DNA from: Acidobacteriota bacterium
Lineage (GTDB): Bacteria; Acidobacteriota; Terriglobia; Bryobacterales; Bryobacteraceae
Assembly (NCBI GenBank): GCA_005808865.1
Contig: SYKU01000246.1
Span: 1-61,802 of the forward strand
Direction: 5' to 3'
DNA: 61,802 nucleotides
Of this stretch, positions 1 through 9,646 are shown one piece after another. Position numbers and translations under genes: made by a program. Every line of letters starts with the position of its first letter. Position 1 is the stretch's first letter. Under the pieces are notes generated by a model that did no database searches, was not told the DNA's origin, and was given only the letters and a program-made list of their open reading frames with translations.

Positions 1-1064
1 GCACGTTCACCGAAGTCGGCTACGTGGGCCGCGACGTCGAATCGATGATACGCGACCTGGTCGATATCGCGATCGACATGGTGCGCGAGGAGCGCCTAGA
101 CGAAGTCGCCGAGCGCGCCGAGGCCAACGCCGAGGAGCGGTTGCTCGACCTTCTAATGCCGCCGCAGCCCGAATCGAGCGAGAGTAACGACCGAACGCGT
201 GCGAAACTGCTTGAACGGCTTCGCGAAGGTAAACTCGACGAGCGGATGGTCGAAGTTGACGTGAAGGACCGCGGGCCGACGTTCGAGATCACGACGAACA
301 CCGGCGTCGAGGAAATGGACATCAATCTAAAGGACATGATGTCGAACATGTTCGGCCAGCGCAGCCGCAAGCGAAAGATGCGGGTCGCCGAGGCGCTCGA
401 TTACCTGATTCAAGAGGAAGAGCAGAAGCTCATCGATATGGATCAGGTGACGCGTGTCGCGATCGAGCGGATCGAATCTAGCGGTATTATTTTTCTGGAC
501 GAGATCGATAAGATCGCCGGACGCGAGTCGGGCCACGGGCCCGACGTGAGCCGCGAGGGCGTACAGCGCGACATTCTTCCGATTGTCGAAGGGACAACGG
601 TCAACACGCGCCACGGCTTCGTTCGCACGGATCACATTCTCTTCATCGCGGCCGGCGCGTTTCACGTTTCGAAGCCGAGCGATCTGATCCCTGAACTGCA
701 GGGCCGTTTCCCAATCCGCGTGGAGTTGAAATCGCTCACCGTCGAGGACTTTGTCCGTATCCTGAAGGAGCCGAAGAACGCGCTGTCGAAGCAATACACC
801 GCGCTCCTTGAAACCGAAGGCATCAAGCTCAATCTGACGGACGACGCGCTTGAAGAAGTGGCGCGCTTCGCCGCCCAAGTCAACGAAAGCGCCGAGAACA
901 TTGGTGCGAGGCGCCTTCACACAATCATGGAGAAGCTGCTCGAGGAAATTTCTTTCGAGGGACCGGATCTCAAAAAAAAGAACGTCAAAATTGACGCGGC
1001 CTACGTTCGCAAGCAGCTAGCGGACATCGTCAAAGACCAGGACCTGAGCCGGTATATTCTGTGA
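1..1064 (+). CDS. hslU: ATP-dependent protease ATPase subunit HslU, 5' end cut by the window edge
   Basis: The reading frame is open to position 1 (..[13 protein letters not shown]..). Motifs [41 protein letters not shown] and [21 protein letters not shown] are typical of the HslU C-terminal two-thirds. Confidence 0.9.
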   Translation, partial: TFTEVGYVGRDVESMIRDLVDIAIDMVREERLDEVAERAEANAEERLLDLLMPPQPESSESNDRTRAKLLERLREGKLDERMVEVDVKDRGPTFEITTNTGVEEMDINLKDMMSNMFGQRSRKRKMRVAEALDYLIQEEEQKLIDMDQVTRVAIERIESSGIIFLDEIDKIAGRESGHGPDVSREGVQRDILPIVEGTTVNTRHGFVRTDHILFIAAGAFHVSKPSDLIPELQGRFPIRVELKSLTVEDFVRILKEPKNALSKQYTALLETEGIKLNLTDDALEEVARFAAQVNESAENIGARRLHTIMEKLLEEISFEGPDLKKKNVKIDAAYVRKQLADIVKDQDLSRYIL

Positions 1065-2023
1065 TCCGCAGGTTCGGCGCCCTGCTGCTTTTTCCTGCCG
1101 TTGTCTTCCTGACTCGCTGTGGCTACACCGGAGAGCCCCTGCCGCCGCTGCTTCACATTCCCGCGCGTGTGACCGATCTTGCCGTGATGCAGCGCGGCTC
1201 GCAACTCGTGGCGCAGTTCACGCTGCCCGCGCTGACGACGGAAGGTACGGGATTGAAGGGAATCGGACGCGTTGAGTTGCGCGTTGGACCGGCTTCGAAT
1301 CCGTTTGACGCGCACGTCTGGGCCGCGGGGGCCAAAGTGTTTGACGACCTCAGAACCGAACCGCCGGCGCTTCTTAAGTACGAAATTCCCGTAGGGGAAT
1401 GGACGGGCCGAGAAGTAGTTGCGGGCGTCAAGGTGTTCGGCGAAAACGGCCGCGACGCGGGATGGAGCAACTTCATTGCGTTGCCGGTGATAGCGCCGCT
1501 TGCACAACCGCGCAATCTGAGTGGTGAAGCCACGGCAGCGGGCGTTCGTCTCGCGTGGCAGGAAGCGTCGTCTGAAGTTCGTATCTTCCGCCAGGTGGCG
1601 GGCGAGCCGGGTTTTACGGCCGCGGCGACCGTCAAGGCGTCGGAATGGGTGGACACCGAGGCGCAATACGGCAAGACGTACCGCTACTATGCGTTGTCGG
1701 TTTCGGGAAGCGCGGAGAGCGCGCCTTCGCTGCAGATTGCGATCACGCCCGTGGACCGCTTCCCGCCGGCGGTTCCGCTGGGACTCGCTGCGGTGGCTGG
1801 GGCGGGAAGTATTGAGCTGACCTGGGACCGAAACATGGAAACGGATTTCGCGGGATACCGGATTTATCGCGGCCCGGATGTCATCGCCGATTTACACCCG
1901 TCGCCCACGCTAAGCGACCGCAAGATCGAGAGCGGCAAGAGTTACCGTTATGCGATTTCGGCTGTCGACAAGGAAGGCAACGAAAGCGCACGCTCGGGGG
2001 AAGTGGAGATTACGGCGCCGTAG
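1061..2023 (+). CDS. Putative lipoprotein with fibronectin type III-like repeats
   Basis: The GTG start overlaps the hslU stop (GTGA). A hydrophobic N-terminus ends in a lipobox-like FLTRC. Fn3-like segments are present ([22 protein letters not shown].., [18 protein letters not shown]). Confidence 0.55.
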   Translation: MIRRFGALLLFPAVVFLTRCGYTGEPLPPLLHIPARVTDLAVMQRGSQLVAQFTLPALTTEGTGLKGIGRVELRVGPASNPFDAHVWAAGAKVFDDLRTEPPALLKYEIPVGEWTGREVVAGVKVFGENGRDAGWSNFIALPVIAPLAQPRNLSGEATAAGVRLAWQEASSEVRIFRQVAGEPGFTAAATVKASEWVDTEAQYGKTYRYYALSVSGSAESAPSLQIAITPVDRFPPAVPLGLAAVAGAGSIELTWDRNMETDFAGYRIYRGPDVIADLHPSPTLSDRKIESGKSYRYAISAVDKEGNESARSGEVEITAP

Positions 2024-2425
2024 CCGTAGGCGAAGCAGACTTGGAGTTGATGCGTCGGCTGAGACGGTGAAGGGACCGCTCATGGTCCTACTGCCAGACA
2101 GTGGTGGTAAAGACAAGACAGAACGGTGCACTGAGCCCTTGGACGGCGACACGCTGTCAGGGGGTTTGACTTTCCCCATCGGCCTTGATCTCACTACTTT
2201 GGTGAAGTCTCGGAGCGGCGGCCTTGGGTTTTCAAAACGCGGAGGTCGCCGGGCGATTCCTGCCCTGCGTTCCTGGCTGCTTTTCGTCCAGCTTGTCGGA
2301 AGTCCGAGTGCGGTCCGACCGGCCACGCCCGAGCTGAAGTGACAGTCCACCGGAAGGCGGTGCGCCCCTTGCGAAGGTGATCTCAGTTTCTCCTGGCTTG
2401 TTCACACCTCCAGGCTGACCGCCCG

Positions 2426-2553
2426 AACCCGCCGAAGCCGGAACCAGACAGACACGAACGCCAAAGCACACCAAAGGCCTATCAACATTGGCTCGGGCGC
2501 ATAGCGCGGAAGATTTCCCGCCAGAAACGTGCAGAATCCAGATGTTGAGGTAC
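2426..2553 (+). repeat. Left copy (128 bp) of an inverted repeat pair flanking the HD-GYP regulator gene
   Basis: Hand alignment to the reverse complement of 3821-3967 gives about 112/128 identical positions plus one 19-nt indel. Shared strings include CGAAGCCGGAACCA, AGCCTATCAACATTGG, GCGGAAGATTTCC and ATGTTGAGGTAC. Confidence 0.8.
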
Positions 2554-2699
2554 TAATAGGCCACTTCTAGTAGCGCCGACACTGAATCCCAACGCCGTCC
2601 TAGTTCGTTGGCCGGAATCCCTAAAAGTGACCACCCGGCGCATGTCTCTTCAACTTTCTACTCAAGATCAACCGCCACCCGCCGATAAGCCAAATTGAC

Positions 2700-3797
2700 A
2701 TGCGACTTTACCCGGGAGGCACCCTTGCTGAAACGACTACGGTTTGCGCGGCAAGCACTCATCCGGGCAGCGGCGACCGGGCCGCACTGGTGCAGCAAGC
2801 GAAGGAGCAGGCGGTCATCCTTGTCGTAGACGATCTCGACATCAACCGATTTCTTGTGGCGCGCACGCTGCAACAGGAACAGGTGCGCTTTCTCGAGGCG
2901 GCAAGCGGCGCAGAGGCCATTGGGATCCTGGAAAATGAGCCCGTGGATCTGGTAATTCTCGACCAGATGATGCCGGGCATGGACGGCCTGGAGTGCTGCC
3001 GCCGGATCAAGGCGGCTCGCCACACGGAACTTGTTCCTGTCCTGATGGTGAGCAGCATGAACGCGGTCGAGCTTGAGATCGCGGGAATCGGCGCGGGCGC
3101 CGATGAATACTTACATCGCCCTTTCCACCCGGATTTGCTCCGGGCGAGGGTCCGCGCGCTCCTGCGTCACAAAATGGCGCTCGACCGGTTGGAGGAATCC
3201 GAAGGACTGCTGGTAATGCTCGCGCAGTCCGTCGAGCAGCGCGACAACTGCACTGGCCAGCATTGCGAGCGGCTCGCAAGCCTCAGCGTGAATCTGGGAG
3301 CGAGCCTCGGTTTGTCCCGTCAGGACCTGCTCTCGCTTCAGCGTGGCGGGTACCTTCATGACGTCGGGAAGATAGCCGTGCCCGACGCGATCCTTTGCAA
3401 GCCGGGCGCCCTCGACGAAGCGGAGTGGGAAGTCATGCGCAGCCATACGGTGATCGGCGAGCAAATGTGCAAGACCATGAAATGCCTGCGGCCGGTCCTG
3501 CCGATCATCCGAAGCCACCACGAAAGGTGGGACGGTTCAGGATATCCCGATGGGCTGCGGCGTCACGAGATTCCGCTCCTGGCCAGAATTCTACAGTTGA
3601 GTGATATTATCGACGCGCTTACAAGCGCGCGGCCCTACAAACGTGCCTTCACGACAGCCGAAGCCCTGGAGATCATGCGATCGGAAACCGCCCGCGGCTG
3701 GCGCGATCCGGAACTCATGGACGCTTTCGCTGCAATGCTCGACATCTCCGTCGCGGAATCGCTCGACCACATGAGCCGGTTCCTGTCGGCAAGCTGA
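2700..3797 (+). CDS. Response regulator with a receiver domain and an HD-GYP phosphodiesterase domain (RpfG-like)
   Basis: Receiver motifs are VILVVDDLDINRF and DLVILDQMMPGMDG. HD-GYP motifs are LHDVGKIAVPD and HHERWDGSGYPDGL. An alternative GTG start at 2790 is possible. Confidence 0.85.
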   Translation: MRLYPGGTLAETTTVCAASTHPGSGDRAALVQQAKEQAVILVVDDLDINRFLVARTLQQEQVRFLEAASGAEAIGILENEPVDLVILDQMMPGMDGLECCRRIKAARHTELVPVLMVSSMNAVELEIAGIGAGADEYLHRPFHPDLLRARVRALLRHKMALDRLEESEGLLVMLAQSVEQRDNCTGQHCERLASLSVNLGASLGLSRQDLLSLQRGGYLHDVGKIAVPDAILCKPGALDEAEWEVMRSHTVIGEQMCKTMKCLRPVLPIIRSHHERWDGSGYPDGLRRHEIPLLARILQLSDIIDALTSARPYKRAFTTAEALEIMRSETARGWRDPELMDAFAAMLDISVAESLDHMSRFLSAS

Positions 3798-3820
3798 CCG
3801 GCCAGCCTTAGTCAAGTCAA

Positions 3821-3967
3821 GTACCTCAACATTCGGACTCTGTGCGTTTCTGGCAGGAAATCTTCCGCAGTATGCGCCGGAACCAATGTTGATAGGCTTT
3901 CGGTGTGCTTTTGGCGAGGCTCCAACTTTCGGCGTTTAGGTCTGTTTGGTTCCGGCTTCGCCGGGTT
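3821..3967 (-). repeat. Right copy (147 bp) of the inverted repeat pair
   Basis: This is the reverse complement of 2426-2553 with an extra 19 nt (GAAAGTTGGAGCCTCGCC+A). It begins 24 nt after the regulator stop and ends 15 nt from the sua5 stop. Confidence 0.8.
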
Positions 3968-3982
3968 AGAGTTATATGGCTG

Positions 3983-4927
3983 CTAGGCCGCGCCGCGTGT
4001 GAGACGATCCCATACGCCTTCCCACTCCGGCCCTGACGGCGGCGGTTCCACTGCAATCCAGTCGAGGGACTGCAGGTCAAGGGTGTGCAGAGTCTCATAT
4101 AACGCCGCTGCGTAGGCCCGCGCTTCCCGAGGCATGCGAATCTGGATCACTGCTGAGTTTTCGAGGGATCGCTCCTCGACGTAAACATATGCGCCCCGCC
4201 CTTCACAGCGCGGCGAGCCGAGTAGCAGTGGCGTCCGCGGACTGTAGTGCTTCGGGTGCATGCCCGGCGACGGATGCGCCACATTGTCCCCCGGCACCTC
4301 TCCGGGCCGGCCACCCGCTTCAACTGGACCAATCACCACTTCGATTTCCGCGCGCGTAACCACTCCAGGGCGGAGCAATCGTGGAACCGGGCCTGCGAGC
4401 GAGAGCACGGCCGATTCAATTCCCACCGCGGAGGACCCACCGTCAAGAAGTACATCCACTTGGCCACCCATCGCGGCGGCAACGTGCGCGGACGAAGTCG
4501 GTGAAAGACCTGAGAATCGGTTCGCGCTGGGCGCGGCGATGGGAACACGGGCCTCGCGAATGAGCGCCAACGCGACTGGATGCGATGGCATTCGAAGGCC
4601 CACCGTGGACAAACCCGCAGTAACGATATCGGGTACGATCGCGGCTTTGAATAGTACGAGCGTCAACGGACCGGGCCAGAAAGCCGCCGCAAGCTTCTTC
4701 GCGGATTCCGGCCATTCAACGGTCAGGTCTCGCGCCATCGCGACTGAATCCACGTGCACGATTAACGGGCTGGTTACGGGTCTTCCCTTCGCCTCGAAGA
4801 TCCGGGCCACCGCCCCGGCGTCGAGCGCGTTCGCTCCAAGCCCATAAACGGTCTCGGTCGGAAACGCCACGAGTTTCCCTGCTCGAATGGCGGCTGCGGC
4901 CTCACTCACCGAGGTCGTCTTTGCCAT
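3983..4927 (-). CDS. tsaC: L-threonylcarbamoyladenylate synthase, Sua5/YrdC/YwlC family (long Sua5-type form)
   Basis: The N-terminal motif is GKLVAFPTETVYGLGANALD and SANRFSG is present. The 314-aa length fits YrdC plus a Sua5 C-terminal domain. Confidence 0.85.
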   Translation of the reverse strand: MAKTTSVSEAAAAIRAGKLVAFPTETVYGLGANALDAGAVARIFEAKGRPVTSPLIVHVDSVAMARDLTVEWPESAKKLAAAFWPGPLTLVLFKAAIVPDIVTAGLSTVGLRMPSHPVALALIREARVPIAAPSANRFSGLSPTSSAHVAAAMGGQVDVLLDGGSSAVGIESAVLSLAGPVPRLLRPGVVTRAEIEVVIGPVEAGGRPGEVPGDNVAHPSPGMHPKHYSPRTPLLLGSPRCEGRGAYVYVEERSLENSAVIQIRMPREARAYAAALYETLHTLDLQSLDWIAVEPPPSGPEWEGVWDRLTRGAA

Positions 4928-6036
4928 CGCCCGACGTCCTTCCGGTTTTGCGGAACACTAGAAATGCGTGAATGAGCGGTTCAAGATCGCCGTCGAGGAC
5001 GCGATCCACGTCGCCTATCGAGAGTTTTGTGCGGTGATCCTTGATGAGCCGGTAGGGCGCGAGCACGTAGCTGCGAATCTGGCTGCCGAAATTGATTTCG
5101 AGCTTTGACGCCTCGGTCTTCTTTGCCTCTTCCTTTTTCTTGTCGAGCTCGAACTCGTATAAGCGGGCGCGAAGCTGCTTCATGGCGCTGTCGCGGTTCT
5201 TGTGCTGGGACCGCTCGTTCTGGCATTGCACGACGATATTCGTCGGCAGGTGGACGATGCGTACGGCCGAATCCGTCATGTTGACGTGCTGGCCGCCGGC
5301 TCCACCCGACCGGAACGTGTCGATGCGCAAATCGTCCAGGCGGATATCGATCTTGATTTCGTCGTCGATCTGCGGATAGACAAAGACCGAAGCGAACGAC
5401 GTATGGCGGCGGGCGTTCGCGTCGAACGGGGAGATGCGAACCAGCCGGTGCACGCCGATTTCGGAGAAAAGCATTCCGTAGGCGTTTTCGCCATTAGCCT
5501 CGAAAGTGACCGACTTGATTCCCGCCCCGTCGCCCTCCAGCCGGTCGGTGACCACAACTCCCAGACCCTGTCTTTCCGCCCACCTCAAGTACATGCGGAG
5601 CAGCATTTCGGCCCAATCCTGGCTCTCCGTGCCGCCCGCGCCGGGGTGGATGGTGACGATCGCGCTCTTCGCGTCGTTCTCGCCCGACAACAGCATCGCG
5701 GTTTCGAGTTTTTCGAGCACCGCCGCGTAGGACTTCAGTTCGCGTTCAATCTCCGCAGTGACGTTTTCGCCTTCGCGCGCCAACTCAAATAGCGTATCCA
5801 TGTCGGAGGTGAGGCTCTGAATCTTCGCATCCTCCTCGATGGCGCGTTCGAGGCGCTTGCGGTCCTGCATCATCTTCTGGCTTCTTTCGGAATCATTCCA
5901 GAAGCCAGGCAGGTTGATAGTCTCTTCTAGCTTGTCAATCTGAGATTTCTTGGCAGGCGAGTCAAAGATAGCTCCGCACGGCAAATGCCTGGTGGCGGAG
6001 CGGTTGGAATTCCCTATCGAGTTCTTCGAGGGTCAT
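4902..6036 (-). CDS. prfB: Peptide chain release factor 2, expressed through a programmed +1 frameshift
   Basis: The GGQ motif is present (SGGAGGQHVNMTDSAVRIVHLPT). A short frame-0 ORF, ATG..MTLEELDREFQPLRHQAFAVRSYL, ends at an in-frame TGA inside CTT TGA C. The +1 frame continues as DSPAKKSQIDKLEE.., which is the 360-aa track ORF. Confidence 0.92.
5961..5975 (-). promoter_or_regulatory. prfB: RF2 autoregulatory +1 frameshift site (internal SD-like GGAG, then UAU CUU UGA C)
   Basis: The minus-strand sequence cGGAGc tat CTT TGA C matches the architecture of the classic E. coli prfB recoding site (AGGGGG UAU CUU UGA C). Confidence 0.85.
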
Positions 6037-6039
6037 AAC

Positions 6040-6633
6040 CTATAATTCTAACAGATAGCCTCTCTTTCCCACGTTGATGGCGAGGCAATCGCCGATTTTC
6101 GTCTCGACGCCCTCGGACTCATGAACATGGCCGCAAAAGCAGTAGCGCGGCTGGCTTTCCGCGACAAAATCGCGCACCGCGGAACTGCCGAAGTGCTTCC
6201 CTTCCCCCGCCCTGTCGACTGCCGTCCCAAGAGGCGGGCAGTGGCTTATAAGGACCAGCGGCTTCAGTGCCGCAAACGGTTCGAGCCGTTCTGCTATCTC
6301 CGCCTCCGTGTATTCGCCGGGCGTGTTGAAAGGGGTGAGGTTGGAATAGCCGAGGCCCGCCAAGTGATGACCGGCAACCTCGAATGAAGTGCAGTGAAAG
6401 TTGCGGAAGCCGAATTCGGCGCAGAATTGCTTGATCTGAAACGCCGACTCATTGTTGCCCGGCATCACCCAAGTCCGCGCCGCGCGAGGCCTCATGACTT
6501 CGCCGCAGCGCTCAAGCCCGCGGCCCATGGTCGCGAGATCGCCCGCCGCGATGTAGCAGTCCGCCTCGATCGCCATAACCCGTTCGAGGGCGTTCAGATC
6601 GTTGTGAATATCAGAGAAGATGAGGATCTTCAT
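6040..6633 (-). CDS. Metallophosphoesterase (calcineurin-like)
   Basis: Motifs are MKILIFSDIHND, AAGDL, PGNNE and CGHVHE. I chose the start at MKIL rather than the upstream ATG at 6654. Confidence 0.8.
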   Translation of the reverse strand: MKILIFSDIHNDLNALERVMAIEADCYIAAGDLATMGRGLERCGEVMRPRAARTWVMPGNNESAFQIKQFCAEFGFRNFHCTSFEVAGHHLAGLGYSNLTPFNTPGEYTEAEIAERLEPFAALKPLVLISHCPPLGTAVDRAGEGKHFGSSAVRDFVAESQPRYCFCGHVHESEGVETKIGDCLAINVGKRGYLLEL

Positions 6634-6702
6634 ACCGGGGCGCGGAACCTCCATCCACGCCCGTGAAATCGGCTTAAAAATAGTTCCTGGCCTGGGAACC
6701 GT

Positions 6703-7944
6703 TCACTTTCCGGACGGCCACACCACGCCTTGGTCCTTCTTCGTAACCGCAGCCTCCCCACGGAAACGGAACTTCTGTACGCGCTGTCCGCGATAGGTTT
6801 CCGTCGTGAAGATGTTGCCTTTCGAATCGGTCGCAATACTGTGGGGAGCGTAAAACTGTCCGGGCTGCCTTCCGCCGTCGCCAAATGTCGTCAGGATTTC
6901 GAGCGTGTCGCGCTTGAGCACGTGCACCTTCATGTTCGAGCCATCGGCCACATACAGATACTTCTGCGCCGGATCCTTGGATAACGCGATGTCGAAGACA
7001 GATCCGTCGCCCAGCGTATTCTTCGCGATGAACGCTTCCTTCACAAAAGTACCGTCCGTCTTGAATACCTGGATGCGATCGTTGGTGCGATCGCAAACAT
7101 ACAGCAGACCGTCTTTGGCCAGGTCGACACAGTGCACCGGCGTGCGGAACTGCTGCGCGGGAGGATCCGCCGGGTTGTACGGCGGCAGTTGCGTATCGTC
7201 GGGCTTCTTCCCGTAGGCGCCCCAGTGACGCTTGTACTTCCCCGTTTCGGCATCGTAGACGATGACGCGGCGGTTGCCGTAGCCGTCCGCCACGTAGAGT
7301 TCATTCGTTTTCGAATCGACCAGCGTCTTAGCCGGCAACCTCAGATTCTCGGTGTCGTTGCTTCCTTTGCCCTGGTTCGGCTTGCCGATCTGCATCAGGA
7401 ATTTTCCCGATTGGGAAAACTTCAGGACCATGCTGTCGTGCACGGCCCCACCGCCCGCCATCCGGCTCTCATCCGCGGGAAGGGCCGCGGGCTGCTGACC
7501 CCGCCCATTGCCGCCGATCCACACATTGCCCTTAAAATCCACGTCAATCCCGTGGTTTGACGCCGGCCACTCGAAGCCCTTGCCGGGGCCGCCCCAGTGG
7601 CCCACCAGGTCGCCGGCCTCGTTGAATTCAAGGATAGGCGGAGCGGCGGCGCAGCACGCGGAAGCCGGCGGCTTCATCGTGAGATATTGCTCCTTGGCTT
7701 CGAGCGAGCCTCCGCGGTGGATAATCCAGACGTGATCCTTCGCATCAACCGAGACACCGATCACGGCTCCCAGCACCCAATGATTCGGCAGGGGCTTCGG
7801 CCACATCGGATCTACTTCAAAGCGCGGGGCCTGAACGCCACCCGGCGCGGCGATGGCGCTTTTCTGCGTCACAAACGACTGGATCGTGAGTCCGGCGGCG
7901 ATCGTGAGTACGCCGGCTGCTGCATAATGGTACGTCCGATTCAT
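6703..7944 (-). CDS. Secreted NHL-repeat beta-propeller protein (peptidyl-alpha-hydroxyglycine lyase-like fold)
   Basis: There is a strong SD (GGGAGGAAA) before the ATG at 7944 and a signal-like N-terminus. Repeated NHL blades include YVADGYGNRRVIVYD, LYVCDRTNDRIQVF, YVADGSNMKVHVL and NIFTTETYRGQRVQKF. Confidence 0.75.
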   Translation of the reverse strand: MNRTYHYAAAGVLTIAAGLTIQSFVTQKSAIAAPGGVQAPRFEVDPMWPKPLPNHWVLGAVIGVSVDAKDHVWIIHRGGSLEAKEQYLTMKPPASACCAAAPPILEFNEAGDLVGHWGGPGKGFEWPASNHGIDVDFKGNVWIGGNGRGQQPAALPADESRMAGGGAVHDSMVLKFSQSGKFLMQIGKPNQGKGSNDTENLRLPAKTLVDSKTNELYVADGYGNRRVIVYDAETGKYKRHWGAYGKKPDDTQLPPYNPADPPAQQFRTPVHCVDLAKDGLLYVCDRTNDRIQVFKTDGTFVKEAFIAKNTLGDGSVFDIALSKDPAQKYLYVADGSNMKVHVLKRDTLEILTTFGDGGRQPGQFYAPHSIATDSKGNIFTTETYRGQRVQKFRFRGEAAVTKKDQGVVWPSGK

Positions 7945-8008
7945 TGCTATTTCCTCCCGGATACGGCGTACGCTATGATACACGATTTGACATGAAGGGG
8001 ACAAGAAC

Positions 8009-9301
8009 TTGTGCGCATCGCGACCGCCGCTGCTCCTGACGGCTCTGCTTTTTTCGCTCGCAGGTAGGGGGGCGGCTCACGAAGTCCCGGCCGACGTGAC
8101 AGTCCACGCCTTCGTCAGGCCATCCGGCGGAAAGCTGCAGTTGCTGGTTCGCGTGCCGCTGCGGGCTATTCGCGACCTCGATTTTCCGGAGATCGAGCGC
8201 GGTTACCTGGACGTCGCGAAGCTTGTGCCGCAACTACCGGATAATGCGAGTCTTTGGATCTCGGATTTCATTACAATCTACGAAGAAGAGACAAGGCTCC
8301 CTAAGCCGCGAATCGTCTCGACCCAACTGTCGATCGAGTCCGACAAGTCCTTCGCCTCGTTTGAAGAAGCTCTCGCTCACGTTTTCGCGCCCAAGCCCGA
8401 GAACCGCGAGAACCTCTTCTGGAACCAGGTGCTGTTCGATATCCTGTTCGAGTATCCGATTCAGTCGGATCAATCAAGATTTGCGATTCGCCCCCGCCTG
8501 GAACGGCTTGCGGCACGAGTGACCACCGTGCTCCGCTTCGTTCCTCCGGGCGGGGCGGTACGAGCCTACGAGTTCGCCGGGGACCCCGGCCTGGTTCCGC
8601 TCGATCCACGCTGGAGCCAGGCGGCATGGCGTTTCATCGAACTCGGATTCTTCCACATACTGGACGGAACCGATCACCTGCTGTTCCTGCTCTGCCTGGT
8701 GATTCCGTTCCGGCGACCGCGCCCGCTCATCGGGGTCGTGACTGCCTTCACGGTCGCGCACTCGATCACGCTGATCGCTTCGGCATACAATCTTGGTCCC
8801 GGCGCGCTTTGGTTTCCGCCATTGGTCGAGACTCTGATAGCCCTTTCAATCGTTTATATGGCGACCGAGAATATCGTCGGCAGGAATGCGGCGCGGGAAC
8901 GCTGGGTGATGGCGTTTGCGTTCGGCCTTGTGCACGGATTCGGGTTCTCGTTCGCACTTCGAGAGACTCTTCAGTTTGCCGGCTCTCACCTGTTGACGTC
9001 GCTGGTTTCGTTCAACCTCGGTGTGGAGCTTGGGCAGCTTCTCGTCCTTCTGGTGCTGATCCCGTTACTCGAAGCATGCTTCCGGTTCGTGGTCGCGGAA
9101 AGAATGGGCATCATTATTCTCTCGGCGTTTGTCGCTCACACGGGTTGGCACTGGCTGGTGGAGCGGGCGGAGCAACTGCGCAAGTACAATTTGACCGCGT
9201 GGTCCGTGTTCGACGTGCGATGGATCGTGCTGGTTGTCATAGTCGCGGCGGTGATCTGGATGTCGCGATTTTCGGGAGGCGTGAAGGCGAAGCCGGAGTG
9301 A
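8009..9301 (+). CDS. HupE/UreJ-family membrane protein with a ~190-aa N-terminal extracytoplasmic domain
   Basis: It has a signal peptide. Motifs HILDGTDHLLFLLCLVIPF, AFTVAHSITL and FGLVHGFGFSFAL lie in a polytopic C-terminal half. Confidence 0.7.
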   Translation: MCASRPPLLLTALLFSLAGRGAAHEVPADVTVHAFVRPSGGKLQLLVRVPLRAIRDLDFPEIERGYLDVAKLVPQLPDNASLWISDFITIYEEETRLPKPRIVSTQLSIESDKSFASFEEALAHVFAPKPENRENLFWNQVLFDILFEYPIQSDQSRFAIRPRLERLAARVTTVLRFVPPGGAVRAYEFAGDPGLVPLDPRWSQAAWRFIELGFFHILDGTDHLLFLLCLVIPFRRPRPLIGVVTAFTVAHSITLIASAYNLGPGALWFPPLVETLIALSIVYMATENIVGRNAARERWVMAFAFGLVHGFGFSFALRETLQFAGSHLLTSLVSFNLGVELGQLLVLLVLIPLLEACFRFVVAERMGIIILSAFVAHTGWHWLVERAEQLRKYNLTAWSVFDVRWIVLVVIVAAVIWMSRFSGGVKAKPE

Positions 9302-9646
9302 TCGCTGGAATTCAATTAGCAGGTGAACGCCTCGATTGTCGAGCCCGGTCTCATTGCGCGTGCCGTAAGAAACCAGACCTTGATCAGCGCCAGGCCGCGA
9401 CGCCAAGGCGTTTTCGCGCTTCGCGAGCGGCAAGACAGACCCGCCACTCGATCTGGTAAAACTACTCGCGGGGGCTTCACCTGCGCCTAATCTGTTAAGC
9501 GAGGTCCGGGCCGGACGATGTCAACGCCGGGCGTGCATTGACCGCGATCAATGGGCCTGATGGCCTACAAGTACGCCCGCCGTGTCCTGTGAAGTGTCTG
9601 AGGTCGCTGAGACCGCGAATCTGATAAAGTTTGATCGGAGGAAACA

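Noticed and set aside
2290-2375. GGAAGTCCG resembles the RNase P RNA P4 strand. ACC-GGAA-GGC resembles the SRP RNA tetraloop. Near 2165, GGGGGTTTGACTTTCCCC looks like a T-arm.
   Set aside because: The complementary P4 strand, the SRP symmetric-loop AGCA motif and a 7-nt T-loop with a CCA-type acceptor end are all missing. These are isolated short matches only.
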